From assembly GCF_030028105.1 (NCBI RefSeq), contig NC_092374.1:194055345-194119344 (forward strand): DNA of 64,000 bases. Reading direction: 5' to 3'. Below the pieces are notes generated by a model. That model was not told the DNA's origin. It made no database searches and worked only from the letters and a program-made list of their open reading frames with translations. This document shows positions 24,521 to 36,027 of this stretch, piece by piece. Position numbers and translations under genes: made by a program. The DNA is from Mobula birostris. Lineage: Eukaryota. Position 1 is the first letter of the stretch, and the number at the start of each line of letters is the position of its first letter.

Positions 24521-25749
24521 GTTAGTTGACATCTGAAAGCTAGCCGGATTTATCCGCAGGGAGTTGTCATCTCGGACGCATGTGGACTTTCGGATAATTT
24601 ACCTGATAAAGAACAAAGGTAGAATTAGAATTACACCTTTATTAATTATTAGATCTTCCGGGAGGGATCTGTGGAGAATCTGCCTTCGACTATATAAAAC
24701 TTCTGTAATTTCCATTCCCTTACGGATTGTGAACTGAACCGAATTGTGGAACCTTTCCTAATTCCCAATAAAACAGGAAATAATGGGAGTCCATGGAATG
24801 GGAAACAGAGTTAATGTTTACAGTTTTGAGATCCTTCAGGAGAAACCGAAACGTTAACGTCTGGTTCTGACTCAGGATAGAAATATTAATTGTTTCTCTC
24901 TCCGCAGATGGTGCCTAACTTGCACAGTTTTTTTAAAGCACTTTCTGTTTTTATTTCAGATTTCCAAAATCTCTGAACTATCTTAACTATTTCATCTATT
25001 CGGTCAAGAGGTGTGAACGACGTGATTCGTTTGTTGGCGGTTGTCCGGCGTACCAACAATCACAGGAGACCTGAGCGGGGTTTTAACGTGGGAGAGTTAA
25101 CTGGGTCAGTTCCACACTCTTACCCTCGGATGTCCGGGTGCAGTGGTACGAGTAGTCGTCACAAACTGGGGTCCTCCTTGGTTGTAGTGGGTGACCATGA
25201 CATCTTCCGTGCCTGGTCATGCCGTGCGCTGTCCACGGAGAGTTGCAGAACCGCCTTCCTGGCTGTTAGATCTCACTGTTGATCACATCTGTCCAGTCCG
25301 CCGGATGAGATCAACATTAATTCTGTTTTCCATTCCATAGATTTCCATTAGTTTCCTTCGTATGATAGGACGGGGATTTCCCGATCTCACTCGAGTATGA
25401 GGTCCATTGGCTGTCTTCACCCGGTTTAGCCCGTCTGTCGAAGCGGTCTACCCGAGTGTGGCCGCTTTCGCATGCAGACAGGTACTTGGAGCTGAGCGTC
25501 TGGTGGAACCCAAAGGTAAATGAGTTGTCCCAGAATGGAGAGGACAAGCCGCTTCAGCAGAGGTGCTCTCCCTCCCTGGACAGCCCATTTCACCAACTAT
25601 TACCAATTGATATGTTACCAATTATTTAACCTCTTCCGTTAAAGTGACACGTTGTTGTGGGGATTGAAGTCAAATGCGAAATAATTTATATGAACTGAGA
25701 TATGACAGTTTTGTAAGCTTACGTTGACCATTTCGGTTTTCTACATTGA

Positions 25750-26030
25750 ACCTTTGCCGCAATTGTTAGCGCTGTTTTCTCGCAGCTCCTGCGACCACGG
25801 GTTCGACCTGGATCTTTGGTGCATTTTGTATGGGTCAAGTTTGCATATTCCGCCTGATTCCCTGCGGGTGCACCAGCCGTGTGGGCTCCCCCCACACCGC
25901 CAGGTGCTACGATTCATTCCGCGTCCCTACGACTTGTGGATTGCATATGGGAATTGTCTCAAGCGTGGGAGCGAATTACGGGAGGAGTGGAAGGGTAGTT
26001 GGGGAGAAAGTGTAGCCCAGTCAGCACTGG
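25750..26030 (+). mobile_element. HE1/V-SINE-like tRNA-derived SINE (duplicated copy at ~28750-29030)
   Basis: GTTAGCGCTG..GGGTTCGA B box, then the GTTTGCATATTC..GTGGG..CC core. Confidence 0.65.
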
Positions 26031-26253
26031 AGTAGAGCCGGCGATCGGCGTGGGCTGAATTGCCTTCTTCGCGCGCTGCGCGGTGAGGGATTTGAACGTG
26101 AAACTGTGTTTGGAATCTGTCAGTCCAATAGGGCATCTTACCAAGAATTGGCCGTGGCTCATCGCTGAACGTCCCTAACGTCATTGAACCGTTTACTGTC
26201 ACGCTTCCCCCGCTTCTAATCACTTTGTAACTCTCCTGGTGGTTTATCCAGCT

Positions 26254-29251
26254 CGACGCATTTCACCGTATGTTTCGATGTACATGTGATAGATAAAACT
26301 AATCTTTAATCTTTTGACTTTGCTGCCACTATAAATGAACATTAGCCATCCTCCAGTCCTCTGGAACTTCTCCTGTGGGTAAAGAGAATCCAAGAATCTT
26401 TACAAGTGCCTCTGCCATTTCGTCCCTGGCTTCACATGAGATCCCAAGAATGCATTTGATCAGGAACACGGTATTTATCCACCTAAATGTGATTTAAGGG
26501 TTCCTATACCTCCTATAATAAACTCGGGCTTACTGGTTTTGCAACTATCCCATAAACTCCAGGGCAGGGCCTTTCCATTGTATATTTAAGTTAAAGACGG
26601 AACTGCTCGCACCTCACGCGGCAGCATGCAGGCACCGAAGTTCCTCAATGCAAAAAGTTTTACCTCACTCGGGGTGCAGAGAGTTGGGGATGTGTTGATC
26701 AGACAGAGCATGGGAACGATAGAAACTTTAGATCGGGGAGCATTCATCCCAGGAGGACTGACTCTCCGATCGACGTCTGGTTAAAGTAAAGTAAATTTGT
26801 TCTGTAGGTAAACGCCGGACTCCATGCGAATTCCTTCCAACAGCATCCCAACAGCAAAATCAGTGTGTGTGTGTGTGTGTGTGTAAAAACGTATAGAATT
26901 GGAAATTAAGTATGCTTCTGTTGTGAATGACTGTCTGCATGTATGTTTATATGTGTATGTATGTTTATGTGTATTTATGTGTGTTTTTGTATGAGTGTGT
27001 GTTTGTTAGTATGTCTGTATGTTTGAGTATGAGTGGTATCTTTGTGTGTCTGTGTGTTTGTATATGAGTGTTTATGTTTGTGTCTATGTGTGTTTGTGTG
27101 TATGACTGTGTGCATGATTGTGACCCACAGAATCACACAGCACAGAGCTCCTTTGTCCCATCATATCTATACTAGCCATCAAGTAGCATTCTGTGATCAG
27201 CCCATTTACCAACACGTGGTCTGCAACCTTCTCTCCCCTTAATGTGCACGCTCATCCGAATGCTTCTTCAATGCAGGGAGAGTTTCTGTCTCCACGACCC
27301 CCACAGGCACTGTGTCCCAGATTACAAGCATCCTCTGAGGCAAAAAAAATTCTCACTCATATCCTTTCTTACTCCTCTCCTTAAACCCATAAGACACCTC
27401 TGCCATTGTGAAGTTTATTAATATCTATTCTATCAATACCTTTGATAATTTAGTGCATTTCCTATCGTATACCCTCGACTGGTCTAGTCCTCAAAATGTA
27501 ACATAAACCATATGAAGCCCTCTACTCCAGCCAGACTGGTCTAGTCCTCAAAATGTAACATAAACCATATGAAGCCCTCTACTCCAGCCAGAATCCCGGT
27601 AAACTTATTTTGCACCCTCTCCTCATCCTTCCTATAATCCCATAATGGGGAAGGGGGCAGAATTAAAACCTTCTATTCCAGAAAAAATCAGGCGAGTTTC
27701 TACAGCACCTTGTGTGTGTGTGTGTGTGTGTGTGTGTGTCTGTGTGTGTGTGCGCGCGCGCTTGTGTGTATACAGCTATTTTACTAAATCCTTCCTGTGC
27801 TGACAGTTCTGAGTTTACAGTGTTTACAGCTCTGAGATCCTTCAGGAGAAACCGAAACGTTAACATCTCGCTCTGACTCAGGATAGAAATATATATTATT
27901 TCTCTCTCCGCAGATGGTGCTTGACCTGCTGAGTTTTTTAAGCACTTTCTGTTTCTATATCCAATTTCCAAAATCTACAATATACTATCTTAATTGTTTT
28001 ATCTCTTCGGTCAAGAGGTTCGTGGTTTGTTGTTGGTTGTCCGGCGTACCAACAATCACAGAAGACCCATGCGGAAAAGTTTTTAAAGTGGAAAAGCCAT
28101 TGCACTGGGACAGTTCCACACTCTCGCCCTCGGATGTCCGGGTGTACGAGTAGTCGTCACAGACTGGGGTCTTCCTTTGTTGTAGTGGGTGACCATGGCA
28201 TCTTCCGTGCCTTGTCATGCCGTGCGCTCTCCACAGAGTGTTGCAGAACCGCCTTGCTGGCCGTTGGATCTCATTGTTGATCACATCTGTCCAGTCCGGC
28301 TGATGAGATGGACATTAACCCGGTTTCTCATTCCATAGTTTTCCATTAGCTTCCTTCGCATACTAGGACTGGCACGTCCGTATCTCACCCGGGTGTGAGG
28401 TCGGCCGGCTTCCTTCACCTGGTTTAGCCCGCCTGTCGTAGCGGAGTACCGGGGAGTGCCCGCTGTCACAGGTGCTTGGAGCCACGATTGAGAGCTGAGC
28501 ATCCGGTAGGACCCAAAGATAAGTGAGCTGTCCCAGAATGGACACAAACCCCTCCAGCAGAGGTGCTACCCCTCCTCGGACAGCCGGTTCACCAATTATT
28601 ACCAAGTGGTGTGTTACCAATTATTTAACCTCTTCCGTAAAGTGACACGTTGTTGTGGGGATTGGAGTCAAATATGAAATAATTTACATAAACAGATAAC
28701 GACAGTTTCATAAACTAACATTAAACATTTCGCTTTGATACGTAGAACGATTGCCGCAACTGTTAGCGCTGTTTTCTCGCAGCTCCTGCGACCACGGATT
28801 CGACCCTGACCTTTGGTGCAGTTTGTAAGTGGAATTTGCATATTCCGCCTGTTTCCCTGCGGGTGCAGCAGCCGTGTGGGTTCCTCTCCACACCGCCGGG
28901 TGCTCCGGTTTCATCCCGCGTCCCTGCGACTTGTGGATTGGATCTGGGAACTGTCTCAAGTGTGCGTGCGAATTACGGGAGGAGTGGAAGGGTAGATAGG
29001 GAGAATGTGTAGCCCAGTCAGCACAGAAGGTGTAGGTGATCAGCAAGAGCTGAATGGCTCGTATCTGCGCCGCGCGGTAAGGGAATTGAACGTGCAACTC
29101 CGAGACTAGAATCCGCCAGGCCAGACGGGCGACCTCACCACGAAGTGGCCGTGGCTCATCGCCGAATGACCCTAGCGTCAATGAAGCGCTTACTGTCACG
29201 GTTCCCCCAGTTCCTAATCTCTTTGTAACCCTCCCGGTGGTTTATCTATCT
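26254..29251 (+). repeat. Tandem segmental duplication, unit 2 (~3.0 kb), lacking ~580 bp of unit 1
   Basis: Jumps from TGCTGAC directly to the sequence matching ~24810 of unit 1. Ends ~150 bp before the receptor ATG. Confidence 0.93.
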
Positions 29252-29400
29252 CGTTCCAGTGATTTGGAAATCAATTGGAAAAATCCAGTGGACAGTACTT
29301 AAACCCTCCCAATTTTCCAACAGGTTGCACGAGGAGGCTCGGCTGTAAGAAGGGAGAAGTAGCGAACACTAAATATCTCCTCTGTTTTAGTGGAGTAACG

Positions 29401-29443
29401 ATGGAGGTGGGCGCCATTCTGTGCCTGCTGACCGTCTCCTCCG
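29401..29443 (+). CDS. NKp30-like receptor exon 1: signal peptide (MEVGAILCLLTVSS+G)
   Basis: Kozak-like ACGATGG, hydrophobic 14 aa, 43 nt ending in phase 1 at G|GTAAGT. Joins V1 to give ...VSSGIGA/EKF. Confidence 0.85.
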
Positions 29444-30744
29444 GTAAGTAGCTTTCTGTTCCTTTACAGCTACAGCTTGGGGGAGAAGGCAATAGGCAGC
29501 GCGGGAAAAGCGGGAAGGTTCGTCTGCTTCATTTGCGTTCACAACCAACACAACTACGGAGGCACTGTGGGCAGCCCGCGAGGGTCGCCACACATTCCGG
29601 CGCCAACATTAATGTCCACAATGTCGGCAGAACAACACAGAGCACAACAAAACGCAAAAAAAAGGAAGCCCTTTCCTTCGCTCCCACGCGCACACACGGA
29701 CTGCACTCCAATTCCAAGAACGACGCCCCGGCTTCTAGCCTCCAGGCTTCAAACATCGACCCCCGAACTGGCACACGGGGGAAAGGGAGACTCTGAATTC
29801 CAGGTCGAACACTGAGCACGCCGACTTCTCCCTTCTCCCTCTTTCCTTTCCAATCCTGATGAAGGGTCTCAGCCCGAAACGTCCACAGTTTATTCCCCTC
29901 CATGCCGTGCACTGCGACCGTGTTGCCCAGCGAAGTTGTCCCATCTGCCCCCGTTTGGCCCACTGCCCCTTAAACCTCCCCTTTTCATGTACTTATCGGG
30001 AAGGCTTTAAAATATTGGTAATTTATTCACCGCAAACGCCGTTTCTCTCAGCTCATTTCAAACACGTAACACAATTTGTGTGAAGAAATTGTCCTAAACT
30101 CGATGTTAAAACTCTCCTATGTCCTCTTGTTTTTAGCAACCCCGCCACCCCCCCCCCCCGTGGAAAAATGGTGCTTTCAGACTATCTATGTCCCTTATTG
30201 TGTTACATTAGGTCACCCCGCAATCTCCTACATTCCAGAGAATAAGGTCCCGGTCTATGTAACCTCTCCTTGTAACTCAGACCCCCAGATTCAGACGATA
30301 TCCAGGTGATTTTTTTTCCCCTGCATGCTTTCTAATTAGTAACATCTATAATAGGATGGCCAATTCTCTACAAAATATTCCACGTGCAACCTCACCAACG
30401 ACTTGTACAACAGAAACATAACTTCTAGACTCCTATCCGGAAAGCTCTGACTGAGCGATCAGCGTACTAAACATCTTTTTCACTACCTGTATGCCGGTTT
30501 CAATGAACTATGCTCTGATTCTCTCCTTTGTTCACCCTTTCCAGGCTCCGATCCGCACTTTCTCTGTAACTGTAACACTTTATTCTGCATTTTGCTATTG
30601 TTCCTCCTTCGCACTAACTCACGAATCGATGTGATGAAATGATCTGTATGGATGGCAGACAAAACGTAGTTTTTCACTGCACGTCAGTACATGTGACCAT
30701 AATAAACCAATTTACCAATTTTAAAGTTTGCTCCCTGCTTTCAG

Positions 30745-31083
30745 GCATTGGTGCTGAGAAGTTTGTGGTGATTCAGGACAAGTCCAGCATTGTTGCCACA
30801 GAAGGGGAGACGGTGGTTATTCCATGCAGACACAATTCCACGAGTAAGATATGGTCGTACCACTGGGTCAAGGGTGCCAGAAATGGAATAGAAGTGACCA
30901 ATGAAACAGCAGAGTACAGAGGCCGGTTCCTCAGATTTGAAGGAGGTGAACCCTCCATTAACAGCATAGACGTTTCTCTGCAACTGAAGTACGGGCGGCT
31001 GAGTGATTCTGGGATGTACTTCTGCAAGTTGAAGACAATGGAATTGGAAATGTATGGGGCGGGGACGTATCTCACAGTGAGAG
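30745..31083 (+). CDS. NKp30-like receptor exon 2: Ig V-set domain 1
   Basis: Acceptor CTCCCTGCTTTCAG|, donor G|GTAAGT, 339 nt, phase 1-1. Motifs IPC..YHW..EVTNETAEYRGRF..DSGMYFC..YGAGTYLTV; compare human NKp30 EVRNGTPEFRGRL. Confidence 0.93.
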
Positions 31084-31559
31084 GTAAGTCAACCATCAAG
31101 TATCTCCTTGTCCGTGCGAATCAGACCCACCACCCAAACAGAATTTGGCCAAGGCAGGAGAATGATGGAAACACTCAGCAGGTCAGTCAGCCACTGCAGA
31201 GAGAGAAGCAGTTAAATGTTTAAGTCAGTGACCCATCCTCAGAGCAGGGAAGCAAAAAAAAAAAAAAGAATCTTGTAAACAACCTTTTTTTTACCCAGTT
31301 CTGAGGAATGATCTTCCACTTCAAGCATTCATTCTGCTTCTCATCCTGCAGATGCTGCCTGACCTGCTGAGTGTTTCCAGCATTCCCAGTTTTTACCGCA
31401 GATTTCAGCATCTGCAGGCTTTTAATTTTTATTGTTAGTATTTCACCAACAGGAGAATAACAAAAGAGATTCAGCACAGAAAAAGGGGAGGGTGTGGTCC
31501 CAATTCAAACCTTTCTTCCATGGACTCTGTCTACTGACTTTTTCAGGCCTCAGTAAAAC

Positions 31560-33250
31560 AGCAGTATAATCAAAGACCCCACCCACCTGGGACATTCTCT
31601 CTTCTTCCTTCTCCTAATGGGCAGAAGTGTCATGGTCCAATCCGTGAAGTCCCCATTCGGGTTAGCGGTCCGGCCCGTGGACTCCCGACTCCTGGTCTTT
31701 CTGCTGTCCCTTGTTTCAGTTGGGCTTAATCATAGGCACCTGATGCTCGTCTTGCAGCTGGGACTGTAAGTGGCCCTGGCATCGAGTGTGGGGACTGGTT
31801 CGTCTCGTCAGTATCCCCTTGGAGCAACCCACCAGAGGACGGCTAGAGCAGTCATTCGTGATCTCCAGGGCTGGTTGGAGGACCAGCGCTTCATGGAGCC
31901 TTGTTGTCTCTAGTCGGAGCAGTCACCGTGGTATGGATTCGGCCGTTTCCGGGGCCAGCTGATTGGACGTCTGCCACTCCGAACTGGATATAGATTCAGC
32001 TGTTTCCATAGCCAGCCAAGGTTGCTGGCCGCCCCGAGACTCGGAGCCACCCCGGACTGAGCTCCCTTTCTGGCCTTGCCTCCGTGGGGTAAGTCAGGCT
32101 GTCCTTGCCGTTACCCTATGGGTTGGATCTGTCCCTTCCTGTCCTCGCCTCCGTTGGGTAAGTCAGGCCGTCTTTGCCGTTACCCTAAGGCTGGTGTGTT
32201 CCCTTCCCCTCTGCATCTGGATCCCTGACTGTTTCCTCGGTGGTTTACCTCAGCAGTCATCCAAGTCCCGCATCCTAGTAAGAATCCCGGATCGGCGTCC
32301 AAGGAAGGGACCGGCCCTGCGTTACAAGAAGGAGCTCCTCATCCTGCCCAGGAGCTCATCGTCCTGCCGGGGAGCACCTCGAAGAATTCAAGCTTCGTCC
32401 AGTCCTGTAGCTACGTCATATATTTGCCTAGTTCAGGAGTCCGAGCCCGAGTCGAGACCCAGGTTCTGAGTCCTTGCCCGGTCTCTGGCTCGGAGACCAT
32501 ACCCAAGCCTCGTCTAGTCCTGTAGCCAGGCCTGGAAGAACCAAAGCCTCGTCTAGTCCTGTAGCCAAGACTCGAGGAACCCAAGCCTCATCTAGTCCTG
32601 TAGCTAAGCCTCGAGGAACAAGAGCCTCGTCTGTTCCTGTAGCCAAGCCTCGAAGGACCCAAGCCATGTCCAGGTCTATAGCCACGTCATGTCCTCGACT
32701 AGTTCCGGGGGTCCGAGCCCGAGTCAAGACCCAGGTTCGGGGTCCTTGTCCAGTCTCTGGTTCGGAGTCCAAACCCAGACTCCAAGTTCCCAGTTCCTTG
32801 TCCTGGTCCCGCTTTCCCAGCCAAAGTCCTAGCCCACGTCTGTGTTCCTATCCCAGCTCCTAATCTGTGTCCAGTCGCGTCCTTAACTGTAGTCCAGTCC
32901 AGTTCCCAATACTTCAGTGTCCGTGTCTTGCATTTGAGTCCGCCATTAACGCCCACATTATGACAAGAAGATACAAAAGCCTGGAAGCACGAACCGCCAG
33001 GCACAAGGACAGCTTCTATTCCACTGTGATAAGACTATTAACTGGTTCCCTGGTATGATCAGATGGGCTCCTGACCTCACAACCTACCTCGTTATGACAC
33101 CCGTCTACCTACATTGTTCTTCTCTGTCACTGGTGCACTTCATTCTGCTATTGTTTCACCTAGTACTACCTCATTGTGCCGAGTAGTGAGTTGATCTGAA
33201 TGAGCAGTATGCAAGACAAGTTTTTCACTGAACGTCACTATATGGGACAA
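31560..33250 (+). mobile_element. Rex1/L2-type LINE 3' end, split by a solo LTR
   Basis: IIKDPTHLGHSLF..MGR|RYKSLEARTARHKDSFYSTVIRLL reads through when 31628..32970 is removed. Confidence 0.75.
31628..32965. mobile_element. Solo LTR (1338 bp) with 5-bp TSD AGAAG
   Basis: TGTCA...TGACA inverted termini, AGAAG at 31623-31627 and 32966-32970, and an internal 39-bp tandem array at ~32503-32680. Confidence 0.85.
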
Positions 33251-36027
33251 TAATAAACTGAAACCAATTCCAAAGAGGCTGCAGATGCTGGAACCTGGAG
33301 GAAAGGAAGCAAAATGCTGGAGGAACACGGCAGGTTAGGCAGCATCTGGGCAGGGAGATTAGCAGCTGTCCTTTCAAAAGGGGCCATTCAGTCCATTCTG
33401 TCCATGCAACAGCAATTCTATTCTCCAGATTTTCTCCAGAGCTTCGCAAACCCTTCCAAGTCCGATGCTGCCCAGTTCCCTCTTGAACACTAACATTATT
33501 CAAATGTATACACACAGTGAGCCGTTAGTGGCAAGATCCTGAACAGAATCAATAAGCAGAAGGATCTTGGGGTCCAGGTTCAAAGCTCCCTGAAAGTGGC
33601 CACGTATGTTGATAAGGTCGAAAGAAGACACAAGGCACATTTGTCTTCATTATTCAAAGAAATGAGATCAAGAGTTGGGAAGCAGCATTGCAGCTTTATA
33701 TAATTATGTAGTTTGCAGGCAGTTCTGGTCATCCCAATTTAGGAAGGATGATAAGGTTGTGGAGAAGGTGCAGAAGATATCTGCCAGGATTCTGACGGGA
33801 TTAGAGGGCAGGTGTTATTAGGAAAGGGTGGACGACGTGGGTTGTTTTCACTGGAGAAGGAGAAACTGAAAAGAGACATGGAGCATAGAAACCTACAGCT
33901 TGTTACAGGCCCTTCGACCCACAATGTTGTGCCGACCATGTATTCTACTCTAGAAGCTGCCTAGATTTGCCCTACCACATAGCCCTCTATTTTTCTGAGC
34001 TTCCATATACCTATCTAAAAGTCTCTTAAAAGACCCTGTTGTATCCTCCTCTACCACAGTCGCTCAAGAGCATTCCATGCACCCACCGCTCTCTGTGTGG
34101 AAAACTTACATCTGACATCCCCGCGTACCTACTTCAAAGCACCTTAAAACTATGCCCCCTTGTGTTAGCCATTTCAGCCCTGGGATAAAGCCTCTGGCTA
34201 TCCACATGATAAATGCCCCTCATCATCTTATATACCTCTATCAGGTCACCTCTCATCCTCCATTGCTCCAAGGAGAAAAGGCTTTCACTCTACTTATACT
34301 CATAAGGTACGCTCTCCAATCCAGGCAACATCTTTGTAATTCTCCTCTGCACTCTCTCAACAGTATCTGAACACAGTATTCCAAGTGGGGTCTAACCAAT
34401 GTTTTATATACCTGTAACATTACCTCACAGCTCTTGAACTTAATTCCATGGTCAATGAAGGCCAACACACCATACGCCTTCTTAACAACACCGTCAACCT
34501 GCACAGCGGCTTTGAGTGTCCTATGGACTCGGACCCCAATATCTCTCAGATCCTCCACACTGCCAAGAGTCTTCCCGTTAATATTTTATTCTGTCTTCAA
34601 TTTTGACCTACCAAAATGAACCACTTCACACTTACCTGGGTTCAACTCCAGCTGCCATTTCTCAACCATTTCTGCATCCTATCGATGTCCCGCTGTAACC
34701 TCTGACAAACCTCCAGACTATCCACAACACCCCAAGCTTTTGTGTCATCAGCAAACTTACTAACCCACATTTCCACTTCCTCATCCAGGTCATTTATTAA
34801 AATCATAAAGATGAGGGGTCCCATAACAGATCCCTGCGGAACACCACTGGCACCGACCTCCATGTAGAATATGAACCATCTACAACCACCTTTACCTTCT
34901 CTGGGCAAACCAACTCTAGATTCACAAAGCAAGGTCTCCTTGGGTCCCATGTCTCCTTACTTTCTGAAGAAGCCTTGCATGTGGAACCTTATCAAATGCC
35001 TTACTGAAATCGATATACACTACACCCACTGCTCTATCTTCATCAACGTGTTTTGTTACATCTTCAAAGAATTCAGTCAGGCTTGTAAAACATGACCCGC
35101 CCTTGACAAAGCCATGCTGACTATCCCTAATCAGATTATGTCTCTCAAAATGCTCATAAATCTTGCCTCTCAGGATCTTCTCCAACAACTTTCCCACCAC
35201 TGAAGTAAGACTCACTGGTCTATATTTTCTTGGGTCATCTCTATTCCCTTTCTTGAAAAGGGGAGCAACATTTGTGACGGTCTAATCTTTTATTACTTTT
35301 CCCATTCTGTTTGATGATGAGGCTCAGAAATCTCCTCCCTTACTTTCCACAGTTGCCTGGGGTATATTTCGTCTGGTCGTGGCAACTTAAATAAATTAAT
35401 ACGTATCAAGAACTCCAGCACATCCTCTTTCTTTATGTCTATATGCTCAAGCATTTCTGGCAGCTGTAAGTCATCCCCATAATTGCCAAGGTTCATTTCA
35501 CTGGTGAATACTGAAGAAAAGTATTCATTAAGCACCACTATTTCCTCTTTCAACTCCATGCACACGTTTCCACTATTGCAGTTGATTGGTCCTATTCTCA
35601 GACAGTTCGTCCTCTTGCCCTTCACACACTTGTACAATGCCTTGGGGTTTTCCTTAACGCTACTCACCAAGTCCTTTTCATTGCCCCTTCTCACTCTCAT
35701 AATTGTATTCTTCAGCTCCTTTCTGGCAACCTTGTTATTTTCCAGAGTTCTAGCAGTACCTAGTTTCTTGAACCTTTTGTAACCTCTTTTTTTATTCTTA
35801 TCTTGACCTTCAACATCCTTTGAACAACATGATTTTTTAACCCCACCATCCTTTCCCTACCTCAATGGAACATACCTATGCAGAATGCCATGCAAAATTT
35901 CCCTGAACATTTGCCACATTTCTGCTCCCAATTTATGTTCCCAAGTTTCTGCCTAATAGCCACATATTTCCCCTTACCCCAATTAAATGTTTTTACAAAT
36001 TGTCTGCTCTTATCCATCCCTCTCCAG

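Larger units (their letters stand above)
22803..26253 (+). repeat. Tandem segmental duplication, unit 1 (~3.45 kb)
   Basis: Colinear with 26254..29251 from CGACGCATTTC to GGTGGTTTATC, with the same order of CR1 pieces, GT-rich tract, Penelope-like tail, RTE-like repeat and V-SINE. Confidence 0.93.

Noticed and set aside
31073-31079. CACAGTG (RSS heptamer) at the end of V1, suggesting a rearranging Ig/TCR V segment
   Set aside because: It is the coding sequence of L-T-V in the J-like strand. There is no nonamer at 12 or 23 bp spacing, and V and J-like parts are already joined and followed by a splice donor.
31453-31460. Acceptor TTTCACCAACAG followed by an in-frame G-E-stop, which could give a secreted V1-only isoform
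   Set aside because: It has a weak pyrimidine tract directly behind a Penelope-like tail and no supporting polyA context, so it cannot be told from a chance AG without RNA data.
31963-33004. Overlapping 100-170 aa ORFs with repeated ASSSPVA.P motifs
   Set aside because: They lie inside the TSD-bounded solo LTR. The periodicity comes from a 39-bp DNA repeat that is open on both strands.
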